This document shows positions 47,858-57,126 of a stretch of DNA of 64,000 bases, one piece after another (positions within the stretch are counted from its first letter, which is position 1; each line of letters starts with the position of its first letter). Position numbers and translations under genes: made by a program. The notes beneath the pieces are model-generated. The model made no database searches and was not told the DNA's origin. It saw only the letters and a program-made list of their open reading frames with translations. The stretch comes from an uncultured Candidatus Saccharibacteria bacterium (GTDB lineage Bacteria; Patescibacteriota; Saccharimonadia; Saccharimonadales; Saccharimonadaceae): positions 2,060 to 66,059 of the forward strand of contig CALIMZ010000010.1 of the NCBI GenBank assembly GCA_938045235.1, in the 5' to 3' direction.

Positions 47858-49165
47858 ATGAAGATTGCGATTGCAGGATATGGCGTTGAAGGGCGGGCGA
47901 GTCTGAAGTATTTCCGGCGCAAGTATCCGCGCGCTGAGTTTCTGATTGTTGATCAAAATGATATAAAAAACCCGGCTGACGATATAATTGTTCACACTGG
48001 TACGAATGTCTTTTCGGAGCGGTTGAATGATGTTAATCTGGTGATTCGTACGCCAAGTATCGCGCCATATCATATTCACACACTGGGAAAAATTTGGTCG
48101 GCGACAAATGAGTTTTTCGCCGAGTGCCCGGCGCCGATTATTGGCGTGACGGGAACGAAAGGTAAGGGAACGGTATGCAGTATGATCGCGGCGATTTTGC
48201 GCCAGGCGGGCAAAACGGTGCATACGGTCGGCAATATCGGTACGCCAGGGCTTGACGTGCTGCCGCAGATTACACCGCGTGATGTGGTGATTTATGAGTT
48301 AAGCAGCTTTCAGCTGTGGGATTTGGAGCGATCGCCGCACATTGCGGTTGTGCTGATGATTGAACCGGATCATCTGGACGTTCATCGTACGTTTGATGAA
48401 TATATTGATGCGAAATCGAATATTTGCCGGTATCAGCAGGCAAATGATATTACAATATATCACCCGACGAATATTTATTCACAGCAAATTGCGCTCGCGT
48501 CGGGTGGCGAAGGGCAGGCGTACCGGTACGGTATTCCTGATGACTTCCAGGTGTATGTTGACGGCGTGTACTTCATGTCGCAGAATCGCCAAGTATGCCC
48601 AACCGATGCCGTGCAATTGCCGGGCGGCTATAATCTTGATAACGCGTGTGCAGCAATGAGTGCTGTTGCGATGGCGTTTCCGGGCATTCCGCTAGAGGTG
48701 TATTACCATGGACTACGCTCATTTACGGGCTTGCCGCACCGTCTGAAACGTGTTGTCGAAAAAAGAGGCGTGACGTATTATGACGATAGCATTGCGACGA
48801 CACCAGGAAGCGCTATTGCGGCGATTGGCGCATTTACTCAGCCGAAAGTTTTGATTCTGGGCGGACACGACAAAGGCGGCGACTATACAGCACTTGCTAA
48901 AGAAATTGCCCGCAGTAATATGCGCGCCGTGATATTAATGGGTTCAAATGCCGAAAAAATTGCTCAGACTATATACAATATTGCGCCACAAACCAACTTG
49001 GTTATTAAAGGTAAAGTTCCAATGGCGGAAATCGTACGTACCGCAGCGACAACAGCGCAGGCTGGCGATGTAGTCATTTTATGCCCCGCAGCGGCAAGCT
49101 TTGACCAGTTCACTTCGTATAATGATCGCGGCGATCAGTTTGTTGCGGCTGTGCAAGCGCTGTAG
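47858..49165 (+). CDS. murD: UDP-N-acetylmuramoyl-L-alanine--D-glutamate ligase
   Basis: GVTGTKGKGT, GNIG, ELSSFQL, PDHLD.H, GLPHRL, DDSIAT, PAAASFDQF...RG..F. Confidence 0.96.
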   Translation: MKIAIAGYGVEGRASLKYFRRKYPRAEFLIVDQNDIKNPADDIIVHTGTNVFSERLNDVNLVIRTPSIAPYHIHTLGKIWSATNEFFAECPAPIIGVTGTKGKGTVCSMIAAILRQAGKTVHTVGNIGTPGLDVLPQITPRDVVIYELSSFQLWDLERSPHIAVVLMIEPDHLDVHRTFDEYIDAKSNICRYQQANDITIYHPTNIYSQQIALASGGEGQAYRYGIPDDFQVYVDGVYFMSQNRQVCPTDAVQLPGGYNLDNACAAMSAVAMAFPGIPLEVYYHGLRSFTGLPHRLKRVVEKRGVTYYDDSIATTPGSAIAAIGAFTQPKVLILGGHDKGGDYTALAKEIARSNMRAVILMGSNAEKIAQTIYNIAPQTNLVIKGKVPMAEIVRTAATTAQAGDVVILCPAAASFDQFTSYNDRGDQFVAAVQAL

Positions 49166-49289
49166 CAGCGGGCATAAGAGCAATTGTCACGGGGCAGCGA
49201 TATTGCTATACTAAAAGAAGTAAGCGCGAGCTTTGGGGTTATCAACCATGATATGCGGTATATGTCCGCAGGTAGAGGAGTCATCATCA

Positions 49290-50336
49290 ATGCAGCAACA
49301 GCCATACCAATATACGAAAGGAAAGATTGCCGTGGAGCGTGCACGTATGTCAAGCGACAATGTCGTGCTAGGCGTAACGTTTGGCGTTTTCTTTTTGCTG
49401 ACATTCGGATATTTTATCTATAGCTATTTTGATGAAGTCGCTAAGCATCTGGGCGGCGTCACGTTTCTTGGTGGTGTTATCGGTCTTCTTATTGCGCTTG
49501 TGCTCGGCTGTATATTTTTGGCGGTTTCGCTGGGTATTGGCATGTTTTTGACTCGTATGATGCGCCAGCAGATGCTTGGTAATTCGCTTGAAGTGCAGTA
49601 TAGTGCATACGCTTGGCTGCGCGATTGGTCGAATGAAGTTGCGGCAGACTTAGAAATGCCGCAAGTTGAGATTTTTATTACGCAGAATCCGGTGATTAAT
49701 GCGTACGCGTTTGGATTTGCGCGTCCGTATGCGATTGTGCTGCATTCAGGTTCAATTCGCTATCTAACGGAAGACGAGCTGAAAGTGATCGTTGTCCATG
49801 AGATGGCGCACATTAAATACAAGCATACCGACGCATCGGTGTATTTGATACCGTTTTTGATCATTCCGATCATTAATATGGCTGGCAACTGGATCGCAGG
49901 ATTCTGGCGTCGCCGGACTGAATTTACCGCCGATCGTTTAGCATTGGCGTATATCGGCGACGCGGCACTCGTGAAGAATGCGCTCATTAAAGTGCACGTC
50001 GGTCCGGACACGGCGAAAGACATGAATGATGTTGCACGCCAATGGCTGCAATATAAGGCTGAACGCCCGATGAATCGTTTTGCGCAGACGTTTAGCGATC
50101 ATCCGTATTTGGTGCGGCGCTTAAGCCAAGTAGATTATTGGGATGCAGCGTTTCACGCGGCGCAGGCGCAACCTGCTCAAACAGCATCCGCCGCCCCTGC
50201 TCAATCCACGCCAAATGGAGAAGTGGCAGTGCAGTTGTCGACAGCTTCAACTCAAACACCGAAACCGCCCGTGCCGCCGCGTAAACGTAAAAATTCGCAA
50301 GGATCGCCAAAAGGCGACGATGCGTCAGAAGCTTAA
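49290..50336 (+). CDS. M48 (HtpX-like) membrane zinc metalloprotease
   Basis: INAYAFG, HEMAH, EFTADR, DHP...RL; start after GAGGAG. Confidence 0.88.
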   Translation: MQQQPYQYTKGKIAVERARMSSDNVVLGVTFGVFFLLTFGYFIYSYFDEVAKHLGGVTFLGGVIGLLIALVLGCIFLAVSLGIGMFLTRMMRQQMLGNSLEVQYSAYAWLRDWSNEVAADLEMPQVEIFITQNPVINAYAFGFARPYAIVLHSGSIRYLTEDELKVIVVHEMAHIKYKHTDASVYLIPFLIIPIINMAGNWIAGFWRRRTEFTADRLALAYIGDAALVKNALIKVHVGPDTAKDMNDVARQWLQYKAERPMNRFAQTFSDHPYLVRRLSQVDYWDAAFHAAQAQPAQTASAAPAQSTPNGEVAVQLSTASTQTPKPPVPPRKRKNSQGSPKGDDASEA

Positions 50337-51418
50337 TGCAACCGCTGAAAAGGCGCGCGAGTGATCTGCTGAAGCAGATCCGCAGCGCATACGAAACGTT
50401 GCATATTGACGCAAAAGCAAAAGAGCTAGCCGCAATTGATCGTCAACTTGCCGATAGCAACGTGTGGGCAAACGTTGAGCGCGCACAGCGGTTGTCGCGC
50501 GAATCGGCAGCGTTACGCGCCCAGATTGAGCCGTGGCAGGTATTGCGTTCGCAAACAAATGATATTGTTGAGCTGATGGATTTGGGTGATGACTCAATGA
50601 TAGCTGAGTTTGACGAGCAGATCAGTGCGCTTGAAGCGGAGTATGCGAATCGCCGCCGCGATTTGTTATTCCAGGGCGAGTACGATAACTATGCGGCGAT
50701 TGTGAAATTAAGCAGTGGTGCGGGTGGCACTGATGCGCAGGATTGGACGGAAATGCTTGAGCGCATGTATCTGCGCTGGGCGGAAAAACATGATATGCAC
50801 GTTGAACTCGTAGAGCGTTCGGCAGGGGATGAAGCAGGGATTAAGAATGCAACGTACATTATGCGTGGATCATACGCTTACGGTTGGTTGAAAAGCGAGC
50901 ATGGCGTGCACCGTTTAGTGCGTCTTAGTCCGTTTAATGCTGATAATTTGCGGCAAACCAGTTTTGCGTTGGTTGAGATTATGCCGGAAATTGCCGCTCC
51001 GGATGAAGTACAGATTGCCGACAAAGATTTGCGTATTGATATCTACCGTAGTGGTGGGAACGGCGGACAGGGCGTGAATACGACTGATAGCGCTGTGCGC
51101 ATTACGCATATTCCGACAGGAATCGTGGTTGCAATTCAGAATGAACGCAGCCAAATCCAGAATAAGGAAACAGCGCTTAAGATTCTGAAAAGCCGCTTAG
51201 CACAGATGCAGCTTGAGCAACACGCGGAGACGCTTGCTGATTTGCGTGCGGGCGAATCAGCAAGCTGGGGCGCGCAAATTCGTAACTATGTATTGCACCC
51301 ATATACCCTTGTGAAAGATACGCGCACGAAATACGAGGATCGCGACGCTGCGGGTGTGTTAGACGGCAAGATAGACGGGTTTATGAGTGCGTATTTGACG
51401 TGGGCAGTGGATTCGTAG
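50336..51418 (+). CDS. prfB: Peptide chain release factor 2 (no programmed frameshift)
   Basis: GAGGTDAQDW, HRLVRLSPF (SPF), GGQ, WGAQIRNYVLHPY. Confidence 0.98.
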   Translation: MQPLKRRASDLLKQIRSAYETLHIDAKAKELAAIDRQLADSNVWANVERAQRLSRESAALRAQIEPWQVLRSQTNDIVELMDLGDDSMIAEFDEQISALEAEYANRRRDLLFQGEYDNYAAIVKLSSGAGGTDAQDWTEMLERMYLRWAEKHDMHVELVERSAGDEAGIKNATYIMRGSYAYGWLKSEHGVHRLVRLSPFNADNLRQTSFALVEIMPEIAAPDEVQIADKDLRIDIYRSGGNGGQGVNTTDSAVRITHIPTGIVVAIQNERSQIQNKETALKILKSRLAQMQLEQHAETLADLRAGESASWGAQIRNYVLHPYTLVKDTRTKYEDRDAAGVLDGKIDGFMSAYLTWAVDS

Positions 51419-51425
51419 CATAATT

Positions 51426-51911
51426 ATGGGACGTGAACCAGTAAATCGTAACAACAATCCGTATCCAAATGAGCTATCTCTTGAAGAAGCGAGGCGGGCG
51501 GGCGATAAATTCCGAGAATTCTTTATTGATGTATGTGAGAACCCAGGGCTGCCGAAGAGAGGGAGAATGAGAAGGCGAGGCGGAGGCTCTGATTGGTTTC
51601 AGGCTGGTATAAACTTACCTTCAGGAGAGCATGAAGGTGTGTCTATTGATTTTGTCGTTGAAGCTTCTGATCCAGGCGGCGATCCTAGCATTCTCGTCGT
51701 CATTCGTGATGGCGAGGACAGGGGAGTTGTGTATTCGCTGGAAGGCGGGTATAAGAGCGGATACAAAGTCGTGCGCCAGTCTTTTGAAGTCGGAATTATA
51801 GAGGATGGTCATAGAGAGATAACTGATAGCAATGACGAGGTGGTCGTTGGTGTCGACGAGGTTAATAGGTTGGCAAAGTATATTCAGAATCGTTTAAAAG
51901 AAGAGAAGTAG
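51426..51911 (+). CDS. Hypothetical protein between prfB and ftsE
   Basis: 161-aa ORF with atypical codon usage; no recognised motif. Confidence 0.6.
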   Translation: MGREPVNRNNNPYPNELSLEEARRAGDKFREFFIDVCENPGLPKRGRMRRRGGGSDWFQAGINLPSGEHEGVSIDFVVEASDPGGDPSILVVIRDGEDRGVVYSLEGGYKSGYKVVRQSFEVGIIEDGHREITDSNDEVVVGVDEVNRLAKYIQNRLKEEK

Positions 51912-51984
51912 ACGCCATAACTTTGCATGAAGGCGTTTGATGCAGTTTTTCTTTTTGCGCGTGAACCTGCTATACTGGTTACGT

Positions 51985-52668
51985 ATGATTCTGTTGGATA
52001 GGGTGACGAAGTCGTACGGCAAGAATGCAAAGCCGGCGTTGAATCGGGTGAGTTTGCATGTCGAGCCGAAGGAATTTGTAATTATTGTCGGGACGAGCGG
52101 TGCGGGTAAAAGTACGTTACTAAAATTGTTGACGCGCGAAGAGAAGCCGACGAGCGGCAAGATTGTCGTTGGCGGTATTGATTATGACACGCTAAAGGAT
52201 AGGCATGTGCCGCTATTGCGCCGCAAAATTGGCGTCGTATTTCAGGACTTCAAGCTGTTGCCGCAGCGGACAGTATTTGAAAACGTGGCATTTGCGCTGG
52301 AGATCGCCGGCATGACGAACCGTGAAATCCGAAACACAGTACCAAAGGTAATTGACCTTGTGGGATTGAAAGGTAAGGAGAAGCAATTTCCGCACCAACT
52401 GTCGGGCGGCGAGCGCCAACGAGTGGCGATCGCGCGGGCGGTAGTGCGCCAGCCGAAGATTCTGATCGCCGACGAGCCGACGGGGAATCTTGACCCGAAA
52501 CACAGCTGGGACATCGTTCGCTTGCTAGAAAAAATCAATCGCTATGGCACGACGGTACTTCTTACGACGCACAATGTCGAGATTGTGAACCGGTTGAAAC
52601 GGCGCGTGATCACGATTGATCACGGCAAGATTACAAGTGACCAGGCGCAGGGGAGCTACAAACAGTAA
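51985..52668 (+). CDS. ftsE: Cell division ATP-binding protein FtsE
   Basis: GTSGAGKST, LRRKIGVVFQDFKLL, LSGGE, ADEPTGNLDP; start 8 nt after TGcTATACT. Confidence 0.96.
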   Translation: MILLDRVTKSYGKNAKPALNRVSLHVEPKEFVIIVGTSGAGKSTLLKLLTREEKPTSGKIVVGGIDYDTLKDRHVPLLRRKIGVVFQDFKLLPQRTVFENVAFALEIAGMTNREIRNTVPKVIDLVGLKGKEKQFPHQLSGGERQRVAIARAVVRQPKILIADEPTGNLDPKHSWDIVRLLEKINRYGTTVLLTTHNVEIVNRLKRRVITIDHGKITSDQAQGSYKQ

Positions 52669-53657
52669 TGGCAAAATCGGTAAAAGCAAAGAAAAATACG
52701 CGCGCACTTGCGCAGCAAAAACGCCACCGCCGGCAATGGCTGACGTTTGTGCGCATGTGCCGTTATGGTATCAATAACTTTACGCGCAACGCTTGGCTGA
52801 CAGTGGCGGCAACGGCAGTGATGACGATTACGCTGCTTATTATCTTCGCGACGGTAATTGCGAGCAATGTGCTCGCAGATTCGGTGGCGGAGTTAAGCAA
52901 AAAAGTTGATATGTCAATTTATCTTAGGACTGGCACAACCGAGCAGCAAGCAAAGCCGGTAATACACGCGCTAAAGCAGCTGGCGAATGTTGAAAATGTT
53001 GCGTTTATCTCGTCGGAACAGGCGCGCGCGCAGAACGCGCAAAATAATAAAACCGATCAAGATGTGCTTGAGGCTATCAGCCAGGCGACAAACAAGCTGC
53101 CGGCGGTTATTCGCATCAATTTGAAAAATATTAACGATACGGCGCAGCTTGACGAATTTGTGAAGAAAAATAAAGAGCTGAAACCGATTGTCGATCCGGA
53201 CCGCGCGCCGTCGTTCGCCGGCTCGCGGCGCAATGCGATTGAGAACATCGGTCGGTGGGCGAATTTTGCACAGCGCGCAGGGCTGGCGGCAAGTATTCTG
53301 TTTGTTGTGATTTCATCGCTGATTGTGTTTAATACGATTCGTATGGCGATTTTTAACCGCAAGGATGAAATTGAAATGATGAAGCTGATCGGCGCCGAAA
53401 AAAGCTTCATTCGCGGACCGTTTCTGGTCGAGGCGGTAGTGTATGGCTGTATTGCGGCGGTACTGGCAACGACGATTGGCGTGTCGTTGTTTGTGGCGGC
53501 GAGTGAAAAACTGCAGTCATACGGAATCGCGACGGCGAATACTACAAATGCGCTAACAATGTATTTAGGAGTGGTGCTGCTTGTGATGATTGGGCTTGGC
53601 GCGCTGATTGGCGTTATTTCATCGGCGCTCGCAACGCGGCGATATTTGAAGATTTAG
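52668..53657 (+). CDS. ftsX: Cell division permease FtsX
   Basis: NTIRMAIFNRKDEIEMMKLIGA..FIRGPFL.E. Confidence 0.95.
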   Translation: MAKSVKAKKNTRALAQQKRHRRQWLTFVRMCRYGINNFTRNAWLTVAATAVMTITLLIIFATVIASNVLADSVAELSKKVDMSIYLRTGTTEQQAKPVIHALKQLANVENVAFISSEQARAQNAQNNKTDQDVLEAISQATNKLPAVIRINLKNINDTAQLDEFVKKNKELKPIVDPDRAPSFAGSRRNAIENIGRWANFAQRAGLAASILFVVISSLIVFNTIRMAIFNRKDEIEMMKLIGAEKSFIRGPFLVEAVVYGCIAAVLATTIGVSLFVAASEKLQSYGIATANTTNALTMYLGVVLLVMIGLGALIGVISSALATRRYLKI

Positions 53658-53722
53658 ATAATATAAAAAATGTACTGTTTCGGTGCTTGACATGGCGGTT
53701 ATGCTTTGATACATTAGAGGTA

Positions 53723-54877
53723 ATGAAACAGCGGTCCACCACACCAGTTTCGTCAAAAGGCATCGTCACGCGCTCGGCGCTTGTGGCGGCAGCCGTTTTG
53801 ATGGGCGCAACAACTCCTTTAATGCTTGCGGGGCGAGCGTTTGCCGACCCATACGACGAGCAGATTAAGCAATTGCAATCAGAGTCCGACAACTACAAGC
53901 AGCAGGCATCTGCTTTAGGCGTGTTGGCGGGCAACTTGCAGGCAGAACTCGACAAATTAACGGCGCAAAAAACTGAATTGCAGCGGCAAATCTCGCAGAG
54001 CCAAGCTAAGCGCGATAAGCTTGACCAAGACATCGTGTCGACCAAGAAGAAAATTGCCGATACGAAAGACGCGCTTGGCGACATCGTCGCTGATATGTAT
54101 GTAGATGATTCAATTTCACCGCTTGAGATGCTTGCGAGTAGTAATAACATTGGCGATTACGTTGATAAGCAAGAGTACCGCTCGTCTATGCAAGAGAGCT
54201 TGAGTAGTACGATTAAACAGATCAACAAGCTCAAAACACAGCTCGAAAAGCAGAAAAAAGACGTCGAAAACGTTATTAAAGACCAAGAGGCGCAAAAGCA
54301 ATCGCTTGCTGCAAAAGAGGCGGAGCAGGCGAAGCTTGTCGAGGAGACGAAAGGGCAGGAGTCTGCGTATCAGGCACTTGTGAGCCAGCGTTCAGGCGAA
54401 ATTGAGAGCCTGCGCGCGCAGCAGGCGGCAGCGATGGCAGCGGCGGCGCGGCGCTATAATATTAACATTGGTTCGGGCTCGGCGAGCGGCGGCGGCTATC
54501 CGTCGGTTTGGGCGAATGCAGAACAAGACACGATTGTCGATAGCTGGGGTCTGTATAACCGCGAATGTGTGAGTTATGCAGCGTGGAAGGTCGCAAGCAC
54601 GGGGCGCTTCGTGCCGCACTTTGGCGGCGCAGGCAACGCGAACCAATGGCCGTCAACGACAGCGCGCTACGGTATTGCGAATGGTTCAACGCCAAAAGCC
54701 GGCTCGGTTGCGATTCAATATGTCGGCGTGTATGGGCACGCGATGTATGTTGAGGCGGTGAACGGCGACGGTACGATTACGGTCAGCGACTACAACAATA
54801 ACTCTGACGGGCTTGGCTGGGGCCGGTATCACCACTATTCGCGCTCGGCGGCTGGTTTGACATATATCTACTTTTAG
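53723..54877 (+). CDS. PcsB/CwlO-like coiled-coil peptidoglycan hydrolase with CHAP domain
   Basis: Signal peptide (AFA), long coiled coil, RECVSYAAW, GNANQW, YGHAMYVE; promoter TTGACA-17-TACATT (53687-53715). Confidence 0.9.
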   Translation: MKQRSTTPVSSKGIVTRSALVAAAVLMGATTPLMLAGRAFADPYDEQIKQLQSESDNYKQQASALGVLAGNLQAELDKLTAQKTELQRQISQSQAKRDKLDQDIVSTKKKIADTKDALGDIVADMYVDDSISPLEMLASSNNIGDYVDKQEYRSSMQESLSSTIKQINKLKTQLEKQKKDVENVIKDQEAQKQSLAAKEAEQAKLVEETKGQESAYQALVSQRSGEIESLRAQQAAAMAAAARRYNINIGSGSASGGGYPSVWANAEQDTIVDSWGLYNRECVSYAAWKVASTGRFVPHFGGAGNANQWPSTTARYGIANGSTPKAGSVAIQYVGVYGHAMYVEAVNGDGTITVSDYNNNSDGLGWGRYHHYSRSAAGLTYIYF

Positions 54878-54938
54878 GCTTATGAGGTCCGTTTGGAATG
54901 TATAGCGCACGCGTCAGGAGTGCGCTATAATAGTGCTT

Positions 54939-56156
54939 ATGACTTCAGAGGGGAATGAGCGGACAAGCTCAAAAAAGAATGTGCGGCGTGGCGTACCGCA
55001 GTCGGTATTCGTAGCGTCGCTGACGCTTGCGGTGATTGTCGCATTTGTAGCGGGAACACGAAGCGATGAACTGTATCGGATCGTTGCGCCAGTGTTTGGC
55101 GTGAAAGTTGCTCAGCACGATCTTGACGCGTCGATACTTAAAGAAACGTACCGCGAGCTAGCGAGTAATTACGACGGCGAGCTTGATATATCGAAGCTAT
55201 CTGATGGCGCTGCGCGCGGTATGGTTGAAGCGGCGGGCGACAAACATACGGTGTTTATGGATAAAAAAGAAGCCGCAGAGTTTCAGGAAAGCTTAAATGG
55301 CGACCTGACAGGGATTGGCGCAGAAATCGGCGTACGAAATAACCAGCCAACGGTTTTGCGCGTTATCAATGATTCTCCGGCGGCAAAAGCGGGGCTCCAG
55401 AAAGGCGACGTGTTTGTATCAGTGAATGGCGAGTCGATGAATGGTAAGACGGCGGCAGATGTTGCTAGTAAAGTTCGCGGCGATGCCGGCACGACAGTGA
55501 AGCTCGCGATGCGGCGCGGCGAGGCGAAACAAGAATATGCTATTACGCGCGCGCAGGTAAACGACCCAAGCGTGCGCTGGGACATTATCAACGGTGCTGG
55601 TGTGATGACGATTTCTCGGTTTGATGAACAGACGGGTATGCTAGCTCGGCGCGCGGCGCAGGAATTTATTGATAAGCAGGTCAAGGGTGTCGTTCTTGAT
55701 TTGCGTGATAATGGCGGCGGGTATTTAACGGCGGCGCAGGCACTTGCCAGCGTGTGGCTGAATGATCAAGTTGTCGTGACAGAGAAGACTGGTGGTAAAG
55801 TGGTCGATACGGTGAAAACAGAGCGGCATGCGTTGCTTGGCGATATGAAAACGGTTGTTTTAACGAATGGCAATACGGCTAGCGCGAGTGAAATCGTTGC
55901 GGGCGCGCTGCAGGAGTATGGTAAGGCGACGTTGATTGGTGAGAAAACATACGGCAAAGGCACAGTACAGAAAATCGTTAATCTGTCGGACGGGCGTATC
56001 CTCAAAGTAACGACGGCGCGCTGGTATACGCCAAAAGGTAAAAATATCACGAAAGAAGGTATCACACCGGATACAACGATTCATATTACGAAGGACGACG
56101 CAAATGCCGGAAAAGATACGCAAATGGAGGCAGCTCAGTCGGTATTGGCGTCATAG
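54939..56156 (+). CDS. ctpA: S41 carboxyl-terminal processing protease
   Basis: PDZ GIG, LDLRDNGGG, TASASEI, YGKGTVQ, GITPD. Confidence 0.92.
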   Translation: MTSEGNERTSSKKNVRRGVPQSVFVASLTLAVIVAFVAGTRSDELYRIVAPVFGVKVAQHDLDASILKETYRELASNYDGELDISKLSDGAARGMVEAAGDKHTVFMDKKEAAEFQESLNGDLTGIGAEIGVRNNQPTVLRVINDSPAAKAGLQKGDVFVSVNGESMNGKTAADVASKVRGDAGTTVKLAMRRGEAKQEYAITRAQVNDPSVRWDIINGAGVMTISRFDEQTGMLARRAAQEFIDKQVKGVVLDLRDNGGGYLTAAQALASVWLNDQVVVTEKTGGKVVDTVKTERHALLGDMKTVVLTNGNTASASEIVAGALQEYGKATLIGEKTYGKGTVQKIVNLSDGRILKVTTARWYTPKGKNITKEGITPDTTIHITKDDANAGKDTQMEAAQSVLAS

Positions 56157-56198
56157 CACTTGTGCTTATACTGAACCTGGTATATTATAAAAGCAGGT

Positions 56199-56588
56199 AT
56201 GGAAGCAGTGAAGAAAAAGATTTTGTTGGTTGAAGATGATGCGTCGCTCGCTGCGGTGTATCGCGCCCGGCTTGAACTTGAGGGGTTTGACATTAAAGAA
56301 GTGCATAATGGCGAGGACGCACTGTCGGCAGCAGTATCGTACCGCCCTGATCTGATATTGCTTGACGTGATGATGCCGAAGATCAGCGGGTTTGACGTGC
56401 TTGATATCCTTCGCAACACGCCAGATACGACGAATGTCCGCGTTATCATGCTAACGGCGCTCAGCCAGCCAAAAGATAAGGAGCGGGCAGAGAAGCTTGG
56501 CGCAGATGATTACCTCGTAAAATCGCAAGTTGTGATTGGTGATGTGGTTGAGCGAGTGCGCCACCACTTGGGTATAATGAACGATTAG
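56199..56588 (+). CDS. Single-domain response regulator (receiver only)
   Basis: ILLVEDD, PDLILLDVMMP, MLTA, DYLVK. Confidence 0.92.
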   Translation: MEAVKKKILLVEDDASLAAVYRARLELEGFDIKEVHNGEDALSAAVSYRPDLILLDVMMPKISGFDVLDILRNTPDTTNVRVIMLTALSQPKDKERAEKLGADDYLVKSQVVIGDVVERVRHHLGIMND

Positions 56589-56663
56589 GATTAGTCGCGT
56601 TCTTGCGTTCCAGTACCGGTAGCATCGTAATAGCATCACGCTCTCTTGTGCTATCAGTCATAA

Positions 56664-56697
56664 AATAAAGCCCTTACGTCTTGAAGAGGGCTTTATT
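56664..56697 (-). terminator. Terminator after rpmA
   Basis: AATAAAGCCCT...AGGGCTTTATT. Confidence 0.75.
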
Positions 56698-56718
56698 CTG
56701 GTCTATGTCGGTAATTTA

Positions 56719-56991
56719 TTATTGAACCACTACTTGCGTACGTGGATGTGTTCGTCCAGTGAACGATCGTTTCCTAACTTTGACAAAGCTGACGAAGCCG
56801 TCTTTAGCGGCATGAATAGTGAAGTTGCGGCTCATATACGTGCCCTTGCCGGCGATTTTTGTCGCGCCGGTCTGGCAAACGAGTACTGCGCCTGCATGGA
56901 CTCGCTGCCCGCCAAATCGCTTGACGCCTAGGCGTGCGCCCGCATTGTTGTGGTTATTCTTGCTTGAGCCTCCCGCTTTAACGTGTGACAT
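56719..56991 (-). CDS. rpmA: 50S ribosomal protein bL27
   Basis: SHVKAGGSSKN...RLGVKRFGGQ.V.AG, TIHA..DG.V.F. Confidence 0.96.
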   Translation of the reverse strand: MSHVKAGGSSKNNHNNAGARLGVKRFGGQRVHAGAVLVCQTGATKIAGKGTYMSRNFTIHAAKDGFVSFVKVRKRSFTGRTHPRTQVVVQ

Positions 56992-57126
56992 ACGACTCCT
57001 TTACGTACTAATAAAATATAAAAACAATCTGCTCTATTGTACACCGCTTATTCGCTGCCGTCAATAGGGGAGGCTGCTGTTGGCGGGATTACAGAAGCGG
57101 CTGGACACTATGTAGTAGTTATCGTA

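Noticed and set aside
50336..50420. Programmed +1 frameshift in prfB
   Set aside because: The ORF is continuous and has no CTT-TGA slippery site; absence of the frameshift is common.
51937..51984. ORF-track N-terminal extensions of ftsE (and likewise at 53687, 58431, 9429, 5771, 25552, 59410)
   Set aside because: The extensions run through promoter motifs or upstream genes; downstream ATGs match the family N-termini better.
57100..57122. ACACTATGTAGTAG as an NrdR box
   Set aside because: Spacing does not fit the 16-bp consensus, it is a single copy, and no nucleotide-reduction gene is adjacent.
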